Assembly (NCBI GenBank): GCA_002269645.1 | Contig: NIVC01003697.1 | Span: forward strand, 18,314 to 82,313 | Origin: Macrostomum lignano | Taxonomy: Eukaryota | DNA length: 64,000 bases | Direction of reading: 5' to 3' | Part shown: piece after piece, positions 12,801 through 23,206 of the stretch | Layout: the number at the start of each line of letters is the position of its first letter | How positions within the stretch are numbered: position 1 is the first letter of the stretch | Notes under the pieces: generated by a model | What the model saw: the letters and a program-made list of their open reading frames with translations, nothing else | What the model was told of the DNA's origin: nothing | The model's database searches: none | Position numbers and translations under genes: made by a program

Positions 12801-13426
12801 TTATGAAGATGGAAGCCGAGTTCGCAGCCCTGACATCCAGCTTCATAATCCAGCCTCGTGTGGCAGCTCGGTTTGTTAACCACCTCCGGGAACAATTAGT
12901 AGCACTGCCTGCCTGCGAGCTGCATCACACGCGGGTGCATAATCAGGTTTTTAAAAATTTTGCTCACCTACGGCTGCACCATTGGTGCCGACGTGAAATG
13001 AAGAACCTGCGTGCAGTGGCCCAAAAAAAGAAAACTATGGGGAAAATTCGCAAACTACACTAACTTTGTTACACTAGTATAACTTAAGAACTTTATAGTC
13101 GCATCCTTTTATTCTACGGTAATTTTAATTTCACTGTATTATAAATATTACCCCGTTTTGTTCTTTTTTCTCACTTGCAATGCACAAAAATGTTGCTTGC
13201 TTGCTAAATAAATAAAAATAATTACTGAGTATACCAGTAGCAATGTAGCATTAAAGTTTGACTTACGATTGTGTAGACAACGTCAATAATCAATGTTTTA
13301 GCTTAATTATTCACAGCTACATGCAGTTGAATAAATAAATATAGCTTTTTACGATCATACTACCGAACAGAGAGTAGTTTTGCTAAATATAGTCGAGTGA
13401 ACCATCTATGGTATTTAGTATCTGTG
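9853..13426 (+). mobile_element. Complete P-superfamily DNA transposon (3574 bp)
   Basis: 32-bp TIRs CACAGATA(A/C)TAAATACC(C/A)TAGATGGTTCACTC with 2 mismatches. Perfect 8-bp TSD GCACTAGC at 9845-9852 and 13427-13434. Confidence 0.95.
10317..13063 (+). CDS. THAP-domain P-element (THAP9-like) transposase, exons 10317-12176 and 12320-13063, about 867 aa
   Basis: C2CH THAP domain (CCAATC..HRFP..W..VCSVHF..AVP), then CFDGM, VADQ and DIPHCLKNARN. The intron GAG|gtaag...ttcag|AAC restores QDHVE-NLFCIIR. Confidence 0.93.
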
Positions 13427-13510
13427 GCACTAGCTGAAGAAATTGTTGCACTAGCTTGCTGGGGGTGCATGCTTGCTATCTGGGGATGCTTGCTATCTGG
13501 GGATACTAGC

Positions 13511-16407
13511 TGTCGAATAGACAATAAACTAATAGAACGAGATTTAAGTGGTGCAGAAAGGAAGGAGGAGCAGAGGACGAGAACACCGGCCGTAGCCGCG
13601 AGTTGAACTTCTATTTATACTAACAACAATGAACAGGTTGGCTGAATAATTATCTATGGTGAATTAACGGTTGATATTGTCTGTGGGGAAGAGTATGGTA
13701 GATGAAGGGAGACGGCTAACTGAAAAGTACGAGTCTGAATTGCAAAATAGAAAGTACAAATATTTGGAGGATGGAAATCCGACAGGCTCGGGGGGCCAAC
13801 GGGTAACGATAGATAGAGGGGATTTTGAACGGCAAAAACAGTAGAATGATTAAATAGCGAGTATTTGCGCATTGAGTTTAGTTCGTGAAAGCGGTCAACT
13901 GTTTAGTCAGGTTGTAACAATGCCGGGCCGGAAGCCGAGCCGGCAGGCGGGCCGGCAGACGAGACGGGCAGCATCTTCCTTGGTGTCAGCGCCGATGACG
14001 AGGTTGTCGACATAGAGGCTGCCAATGATGCGCTCGAGCTCGGATTGGGTGAGGTCGGAATCTCCCGAGTTAATTGCGTCTAAGCATATCTTGTGGAGGA
14101 CTGCCAGGAGAATCCACGCTCTGGGAGAGGCGCCCATGACGATGCGAGTGAAGCGCCAGAGCTCGAAGCTGCCCTGTACTAGCGGCTTGGTGATGTACTT
14201 CGGGAGGATGATGCAGAGGACGTCGCGGTGAGGTTCGTGAACGCCTTTCTGGTAGAAGGCGGCCTTGAGGTCAGATGAGATGCCGAACTGGTGAGCGCGG
14301 TGAACTAGAAGGACTTGAAGCATTGACGTCAGCAGGTTGGGCCCAGGCTCTAGGAGGTCGTTGAGTGTGGCGCCAGCGAGCGAGGTCTTGGTAGAAGCGT
14401 CGACGACGGGGCGGATCTTCGTCGTGTGGAGCTCCCCTTTATGACTGGGAAGTGCGGCAGAGTCTGGATGACTGGGCCAGCTACCTGGCCAGGGCTGACT
14501 CGTTCCAGGACACCTTCTTGCTTGCGCTTCTCGAACTCGGCGTAGTAGGCCTCGCGCTCGGGAAGGCTGAGGCGGCGGTGGGTGGCTTGAGCACGACCGA
14601 AGGCCTGGCCAAAGTTGGAAGGTAGGAGCTCGGCTCCAGGTTCGAATGGCAGGTCGACGGAGATTCGAACGTCGGTATCGCGCATGATGGAGTCGGGCAG
14701 GCGTTCCTGGGGTCTGTCGTTCCTGGCGTCGGGCCTTTCAGCATCCTTTGCCGTTCCGAGAGCTTCGAGGTTGGACATGCTGTCCAGAAGTCGGTCGAGG
14801 TGGAGCCCATCGTTGTTAGGGAAAGTGTTCGCAATGACCACTTGCGAGGAGCCGAGGAAGCCGTTGAGACGAGAGGCTGTGGTATCAAGGGAGCCGTCGA
14901 GGATGGCCCGAAGGGTGTCGGGCAGGCTTTGAGAGTCGGTCGAAGCGCTTGGGCGGGTACGTTAGGGCTGATAGGCTGACTGGCGTCGCTGCAGGGACAA
15001 GAAGTCTTGGGCTCTTGGCTGGCAGTGGAACTTAACTTCGCGGCTGGGCGAGATTTAATGTCGGCGCAAGGAGCGGGGTCAGGTCGATAGGCGTCCGACG
15101 ATAAGCGATTGCCGATGCTGCGGGCTTGTGGCGGCTGGGAACTGGCGTTGTCCAGAAGGATGGCGGAAGCGAAGGTCGCAGCCGGCGGGGTAGCGGAAGC
15201 GGCTCTGAGCGTCTTCAGCTTGTAATCGAGGTGGCACTGGAGCTGTGTCATAGTTGGCATGAGAGGCTGCCCGTTGGCAGCACGAAGGTTGCGGATCTCA
15301 CTCTGCAGCTCGATCGGGAGGCGGCTCCACAGGGCGTAGACGTAGCCGTCGATGGTGCTGGCGGGCTCGCCAAGGCGGAGGAGCTGGCCGGTAGCGAGTC
15401 GGAGGGCGTCGGTGTAGGTCTCGAGCTCGTCTATGTCGGAGGCAGAGTTGCAGTGAAGGGCGAGGAGACGCTGGAAGGAGGCGTTTTTTTGCTCCTGTGT
15501 GTCGGTGTAGTTGGCCTGGAGGACACGGCAGGCCTCGGCGTAGGCGTTGGGTTGGTAGGCATTGAGGGCACCGAGCTTCTTGAGAGCGGAGCCGGAGAGC
15601 AGACCGCGAAGCGCCTCGAATTTGTCGACGTCGTTGAGGCTGGAGCGGTCAACGCGGTAGACGAAGGCGTCCCAGAAGCCCGGAAATGCAGCAGGGTCCG
15701 TACCGTCGAAGGTCGGGAGATGTACGTTCTTGAGAATGGTGGAGCGGATGAGCCCGGCCGGATCGTGAGCATCTGATGCGGGCGTTGAGGCAACTGGTGT
15801 CGAGGCTGGATGGACAGTGGCGGCGAGCTGCTGAATGAGCTGCTGGTTCTGCTGCATCATCGCGGTCATTGAGGCGATGAGGGCGTTTACGTCGACGGAG
15901 GCAGCGGGAGCTGTTGCAGGGATCAGAGTTGTGGAAGTAGCAGCGAGAGGAGCGGATGTCGTGGCGGATGAAGCAGCTGGCGGCGGGTCACTGGCTTCGA
16001 CGGCGGCTGCTCCGCGGCAGTGGTCGCTTCAGTAGAGGTTGAGAGGTGGTCGTTCTGGGACTGCTGATGGTCGTCAGATTGGTCAGTTGTCGATCGTGTG
16101 ATGACCATGGTAACCACGCTCTGCTACCAAAATTGTCGAATAGACAATAAACTTATAGAATGAGATTTAAGTGGTGCAGAAAGGAAGGAGGAGCAGAGGA
16201 CGAGAACACCGGCCGTAGCCGCGAGTTGAACTTCTATTTATACTAACAACAATGAACAGGTTGGCTGAATAATTATCTATGGTGAATTAACGGTTGATAT
16301 TGTCTGTGGGGAAGAGTATGGTAGATGAAGGGAGACGGCTAACTGAAAAGTACGAGTCTGAATTGCAAAATAGAAAGTACAAATATTTGGAGGATGGAAA
16401 TCCGACA
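13511..16407 (-). mobile_element. BEL/Pao LTR retrotransposon, internally deleted (2.9 kb)
   Basis: 274-bp LTRs at 13511-13784 and 16134-16407 (TG..CA, 2 differences seen). 5-bp TSD CTAGC. PBS TGGTAGCAGAGCGTGG (tRNAi-Met-like). DUF1759-type gag (LPTFDG..FPGFWDAF..DKFEALRGLLSG) and frameshifted RT (SDLKAAFYQ, LYVDN). No RNase H or integrase found. Confidence 0.9.
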
Positions 16408-17165
16408 CTAGCTATCTGGGGATGCTTGCTATCTGGGGATGCTTGCTATCTGGGGATGCTTGCTTTCTGGGGATGCTTGCTGTCTGGGGATGCTTGCTAT
16501 CTGGGAGGATGCCTGCTATCGGGGGATGCTTGCTGTCGGGGGATGCTTGCTATCGGGGGATGCTTGCTGTCGGGGGATGCTTGCTATCGGGGGATGCTTG
16601 CTGTCGGGGGATGCTTGCTATCTGGGGATGCTTGCTATCGGGGGGATGCTTGCTATCGGGGGATGCTTGCTATCTGGGAGAATATACTTGCTGTCTGGTG
16701 ATGCTTGCTATCGGGGGGATGCTTGCTATTTGAGAGGATGCTTGCTATCTAAGGATGCTTGCTATCTGGGAGGATGCTTGCTATCGTGGGATGCTTGCTA
16801 TCTGGGAGAATATACTTGCTGTCTGGTGATGCTTGCTATCGGGGGGATGCTTGCTATTTGAGAGGATGCTTGCTATCTAAGGATGCTTGCTATCTGGGAG
16901 GATGCTTGCTATCTGGGGATGCTTGCTATCTGGGGATGCTTGCTATCTGGGAGGATGCCTGCTATCGGGGGATGCTTGCTGTCGGGGGATGTTTGCTAAC
17001 TGTGGATACTTGCTATCGGGGGATGCTAGCTATCTGGGGAGGCTTGCCATCGGGGGATGCTAGCTATCGGGGGATGCTTGCTGTCGGGGGATGCTTGCTA
17101 TCGGGGGATGCTTGCTATCTGGGGATGCTTGCTATCAGGGGGAGGGGTGCTTGCTGTCTTGGGGA
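16408..17165. repeat. 16-17-bp minisatellite (GGGGATGCTTGCTATC(T))n; the array also continues at 13453-13510
   Basis: Tandem units on both sides of the BEL element, with an internally duplicated ~110-bp block (about 16665-16775 repeated at about 16795-16905). Confidence 0.95.
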
Positions 17166-17619
17166 TGTTTTCTATTTAGGGTATTTAGGGGAATGCCTGT
17201 TATCTTTGTGAAGGCTTTATTCGTTGCCTTTTTACTTTGAGAAAAAATTGATTCATAGCAAACATCTTTGTCCATGACAGTTTTATTCGAATATGATGAT
17301 TGATAAAAGTGAAGAAGGAATTGGTTCTTAAGAAAATGTGCTTTTTAATGAATTTTCATGAATAATTTTTGCTCCTTGCTTAATGGGCGCCCGGAATTTG
17401 GATAATGTTTAAACTACAATGGTGATCCTGGAGATAATGGCCCATAATGGCCATAATGGCCCAATTAACAAGCTAATCACCCTATGTTAATTTCATCCCT
17501 TTATTTTACAATTGCCATAACGATTCAAAAGTGCCATTTCCATGTTAATTTAGAACTGGATGTTAGCTATTAATAATATATTAATAATTAATTAATACAC
17601 CTGCCATACTGGACCAGAT

Positions 17620-17906
17620 AAGCAAACGACAGCTCAGCCGCAGCTATTGCACGGTGCATCTGATAGCTGCGTACGGCTGTTCAGTCCAAGGAGTGGGGGG
17701 TCGCCACGCACCCTCGATTGCCCCAGCTAATGCTGGCACCTATTTTACATCTGGGTGAACCAAGATTTTACAAGTAATGCAGAGTAGTGTCTTGCTCAAA
17801 GATATAATGATTGTTCCAATGGAATCGGGAATCGAACCCCCCCCCCCCGACCTTCAAGTCGTGAGTCCGAGGCTCTATAGCCTCTAACCAAGGCTGCAAA
17901 CCCCCC
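17620..17906 (-). mobile_element. tRNA-derived SINE with CORE-like central domain, diverged copy
   Basis: Reverse complement of the 40772-41050 element, with shared body (gctattgc..cgtacggctgttcagtccaagg..gctaatgctggcac) and a B-box (ggttcgattcc). Confidence 0.8.
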
Positions 17907-18305
17907 TATTAAGACAGGTAAAATTTATTTTTTTTAATTATTTTTTTGAATAAATGAATGTATCAGATACGTCGTTAGTTGCATGGTTAATCGCAGTTAA
18001 ATATTTTGTTAGAACGTTAAGCTCTAATGGCAAAAGTTCACTCTCGAATTCACTCTTTGTATTTCCTTTTACAGTGGTTACTTACCGACAACTTGAAATT
18101 AGCCAAAGGAGAGAACATATATTGAGTCCACCGAAAAATCCTTTGGAGTTTTGATTCAGTCAGCAAGCGCCACTTGACTTACATGTTTCATTGCATGCCA
18201 ACAACATGACAGGTAAAACTATGACGTTGACCTTTGATGAGGTTTGAAGATTTGAAAGTCTTCACGAGTAGGAAGAGGTCTTTGAAGCAGCAGCCAACAG
18301 CTTCG

Positions 18306-18990
18306 TGTGACGTTGCTAGTATAAGCTATGGTCCCGCAAAAGGGCCGTTGGACTGTAGTTTCCCTTGCAATTTCTCACTTAAATTTCTCCAATAGATTAT
18401 TTTAACGTTTACTTATAGTAGCGTGCAACTAATCTGTATCAATTGCTAATTCACTGTGTATTTGATAGACCTTGCGTTCGTCTGTAAAATTTAGCACGAT
18501 CGATAATTTCAAGTTCTCCCGCCAGCCAATGAAAATTCTCCGCGTGTATATTGCTAGCCCTCTGCGCTCTTTATTAACCCCCGCCTGGCGGCGGGCTGGG
18601 GGGTCTTCACTTTCTCTCGCTCTTTGCACCTCCTTTGCGCCTCCTTTGCTTTCTCTTTGCTCCCTTGCGGCCCTTGTGTTTTCGTCTCGTTTTCATTCTC
18701 TCGCCTGGCTGCCTCGAGCCTCCTTATCTCACGCCACGGCTCCTCTGTCTGGGCCCGCCTGTTTACACACCGTTACTCCACTGTGTACTGCCTCGGCTAA
18801 CGCCATTCTCGCCGCTACTTATCTGCCCGTCTACTTGCTACTCACTGCTGCCCTTATACGCCAAGTGCTCCGCTACACAATCCATTTTGCAAGAATTGAC
18901 TTCGATTCATTTTGGGACTACAACGACTTACGACAATTCTGGTCAAACGGCCCTTTTAAGGGTCCTAGCCACTACGCCAATAACGTGACA
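18306..18990. mobile_element. Solo LTR (TG...CA), copy 2
   Basis: Same termini as 7680-8508, flanked by 4-bp TSD TTCG (18302-18305 and 18991-18994). Confidence 0.8.
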
Positions 18991-20179
18991 TTCGCTAATT
19001 TCTTAGGGGCTGGCGAATTTGACAAGCTGATTGCGCGTTAATAAAACTGCATCTCGTTAGATGGTAAATTATAATGATCCAATTTTTGTTCAAACTTTTC
19101 AACAAAGATTAAAATTGAAAGTGAATTAAAGTTAAAAATAAAGTTAATAAAACTTGAAGTGAATTTAAATTTAAATCGGAAGCCAAACACGTGCGTTTCG
19201 AAACCAAATCTTGTCTAAACCAGCCTTCGAAGAAGTTGAAAATAACAATTTAACTACCGGCCAACCACTATCACTGTAATAATCTAGCTATTTGTAGGCC
19301 ATAAAGGAGACCTACTTTAAAAAAGAACACTGAGTACTAAATACTATGAAAAAGACTACTAAAGTTTCCAGATGCATTATTTGATTTGAAATTTTAAGAA
19401 ATCAAAAGGAAATATATAATTGCTTTACTTTTAAAAACCAGGCCAAGAAGTTTTTATTTACTAAAAGCAATCGGAGTAAAAAATAATAGAAGTAAATAGC
19501 AGAATTAAATGCATGACAGCAGTGCACAAGTAAAAAGATAAAAATTAAGACAACAAACTTGAAACCCTAATAAACAGTGCATGAGTGCATTGCACATTAC
19601 AGAGCAGGAATCAATCAGCAAGCAAGGAAATATTTATGGCTGACTGCTACTGGACAAAAATAATTAGCAATAAATGATGAATTCGAATAGTAAAAAAATG
19701 TAGCAGAAACAGCTTTTTGTGCGCCAGTAAAATATAATATTAATTAATATTAATATAGCCTACTTAAGCAATGTGTCATGCTAAGTATAGTCTTGATAAT
19801 AGTGTTTCTTTGTCGTGCTGGGAACAAATTAGATGTATCCACAGCTGTCAGATTTGCTATATTAGGTTGTCGTCATAGCTATAATTACAAGATAATGCTA
19901 GCTATTTAATTTAATTGATGTTTTAACTGGTACTTTTGCCATGATCAAGCTTTTATCGTCTGCATAATTGCTGCAGAACAGCAGTCCAGATCCAGAAAAG
20001 TAGCTGAAAAAATGAGTATTAGAAGAGATTTTTTTGTGACAGACACAGACTGAACATTTGGAAAATCAATAAATGACAATATATTTGTGCTTAATTTAAT
20101 TCTTAATATAATTTTAATATATAAATAAAAATTTATTGATAAATCAAATGACATACTTTTCACTAAAATTTGATACCTG

Positions 20180-22284
20180 CAGTTTAAAGCAGAATGAGTT
20201 TAAAGAGAAAGCCGAAAATCAACATGAATACGACGCGTTTCGCACACCAATTTGCATCGTCAGGTATATTGTTTGAAACGAAAGGTGTGAGTAAAGCGAA
20301 TTTATAAATTTTGTCAATGAAACAAATGTAGCTGGTGAGTAAGTATTTTGTATGTACAAAGTAGTTGGAGGTTGATAGTCCGTATAGGGCGGGGCGAAGA
20401 CCAATATGGGCAGAAAACAAAATATAATGGAATGAGCACTGCAGTTAAAACATGGTCAGTGCTCTCTCACTCAGAATACACGGAGAACATGGCCTGCACC
20501 ACCTACCTACTATGTTGGAGTTGCGTATTAAGGGTGGGCGACTGGTTTTTATGTACAAAGGCTTCTACGATCTTGAGCTTGTGATCAGATGGGCATTGGT
20601 CGATGATTTTAAAGCGTTCTTCAGGTGTACAATGCCCACCCAATCCTAAAAACTGAGCGTTCTCTGCAAAACTACCTACGCACCCATGTCAAACAACACA
20701 TTGACCTTTGCACGTATTAGCGTATCTTACCCTGCGGCAGCCAACCTGGTCAGCTCTACGGGGTCTACAAGGTGCACAAACCAGAAAAACCCCTCAGACC
20801 AATCGTTTTCATGGTCAACACTGCCGAATACGAGCTTGCTAAGTAGCTACCTAGACTCGCTCATCAAACCTTGCATTTCTACTGAATTCACCTCGAAATC
20901 CAACAGCACTTTTCTGAAAGATCTTCAAAATTCGTGCTCTGACACAAGAAGTCTGAAATTCTCTGCAGCTTCGATGTTGTTTCACTCTTTACTAACATCC
21001 CCCTGAAACTTGCTATTGACCTCGCCACTGAATTAGTGTTTAAACGTACATGTAATCCTACCTCCATTTCTTTGTCTAAGGACTATTTTTAAAAACTTCT
21101 TGGCTTTGCGACCTCTGGAATCTTCATGTTCAACAGTAAATACTACTGGAAAATTGAGGACTGCGCCATGGGAAGTCCGCTGGCCCCTACTCTGGCTGAA
21201 GTCTGCTTGACTCATTGGAAAACCAACAACTGGATGTCCCCTTGACTTAAGGGGACATCCAGTTAAGTTCAGTTAATTAAGTTAACCAATGAGATTGCTA
21301 CTGACCATAAACTTCCGTTCCTTGACCTTGACATCGATCTCAGCGGTGGGAACCTTTCCACCAAAGTTTTCTGCAAAAAACCTTCACCAATTTCATTCTC
21401 AACTTTCATGCCGTGTGCCCCAGACAGTAGAAATCTGGTCTGATCAGATGCTTGCTTCACAGAGCCTACACCGTCTGCAACTCCTAGATTAACTTTGACC
21501 AAGAAATCAGGTTTCTGACCAAAATGCTCCAACAAAACGGTTACCGACCATCAGCCTTCATCCACCACAACATCCAAAAATTCATTTCTGAAAGAGTGAA
21601 TCATCAAAAAGTTTCCAAACATGATCACATTGACCTGAGTGAACCAACACTCATTCTCCCTTTCTTTGGCCATCCTTCTCTCACCTTCAAAAACAGGATT
21701 TGCAAATTGTTCCACAACTCTTTCAACAGCCAAATTCGAGTTTTTTCCGCTCTTCCAAAGTTGGCAGTTTTGTCGGTCGGTTAAAGTCACGTGTACCCCG
21801 TGCTCTGCGTGCAGGTGTTGTATATTGTTTCAACTGCTCTGTTGACCAGAGCGTCTCCTACGTGGGAAGACCAAAAGACACCTGCACACTAGAACCAGGG
21901 AGCACTGGCTCAAACCGTCGGCCATCCAAACCCACCTTTTGAAATGTAACAGCTGCTCCAACTGTACACCTGAATAACGCTTTAAAATATCATCGACCAA
22001 TGCCCATCTGATCACAAGCTCAAGATCGTAGAAGCCTTGTACATAAAAAACCAGTCGCCCACCCTTAATACGCAACTCTGCAACGTAGGTAGGTGGTGCA
22101 GGCCATGTTCTCCGTGTATTCTGAGTGAGAGAGCACTGACCATGTTTTAACTGCAGTGCTCATTCCATTATATTTTGTTTTCTGCCCATATTGGTCTTCG
22201 CCCCGCCCTATACGGACTATCAACCTCCAACTACTTTGTACATACAAAATACTTACTCACCAGCTACATTTGTTTCATTGACAA
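20180..22284 (+). mobile_element. Penelope-like element (RT + GIY-YIG), degenerate, with inverted pseudo-LTR arrangement
   Basis: Frameshifted PLE RT motifs (KVHKPEKPLRPIV, SFDVVSLFTNIP, AMGSPL, LPFLD, QQNGYRP) and GIY-YIG remnants (GVVYCFNC..SYVG..EALYIK). 20311-20631 and 21963-22284 form a near-perfect inverted repeat. Confidence 0.88.
20228..20267 (-). ncRNA. Minimal type I hammerhead ribozyme in the Penelope pseudo-LTR
   Basis: Minus strand reads AUAC-CUGACGA-U-GCA[loop]UGC-GAAA-CGCGUC-GUAU. This gives the CUGAnGA/GAAA core, stem II GCA/UGC, stem I AUAC/GUAU and palindromic stem III ACGCGU. Confidence 0.8.
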
Positions 22285-23206
22285 GAATGAGAATTCGGAA
22301 CTGAACTAAACAGGCAGTAAATTCATATCTTTTATAGTTCTTTTATAAAAATTACGCTTTTTATAAAAGTATATGCCACATCCAAAAATAAAAAACTGTG
22401 TAATACTTGTATATTTAATATACTTGTTCCACAAGTATGGCTGCTGCGCTGCATCTCACATACCTCACCGCCCACTTCTCCCTTACGCAACGAGTACCAT
22501 TAATTATTTATTGGGTTAAACTACCCGATTATAAATAAATAATCAGATTACTTCTACCCTACACAGAGCGAACTGTGGCATTGACTAGCAGCGGCAAGCT
22601 TTTAAAGAGTAAGGGCTTCTTCTAATTCTAAAGCTCATTTATATGATGATCTAAAATGGACCAAATTCAAATAGCGAGTTAAAAATTTCAAATTCGACTT
22701 CAAATTTGAGTCAACAGCAACGAGCCAGCTCCCTGAATCTTTGCAAAAAAATCATTCAGTAAACTGCTTAGCCATCACTATATCACTCATCGACTATGCT
22801 CCTAAATTTACAAGACCCATCCATGTTTGGTTAATTTAGACTTTAATTTAAACTTTGTTTAATTTAGACAAAAGATTCCGGAGACCAGCAGCCTTGTAGT
22901 TGGCCTAAGTAAATAAATGATCTTTATTTTTCCATTAAATGAAACTTTTTGTGTTGCATAACCTTAATAATACTAAAATTATCGATTTCGGTGTTTTTCA
23001 TAGTAACATTAACTAGCTCAAATTAGTTGAACTATTCTGTATATAATTTATACATGTATGACGAAAACTTAGTATTTTTCGGTTGTACTTATTGATCATT
23101 ACATACAAGTACATGTAAGTAGATACAAAAATTCCACAACTTCTATTTTTACGGTTAAAAATCAATAAAAGTTCCACCAAGTCAATTTATTTCCTCAAGT
23201 AGTAAT

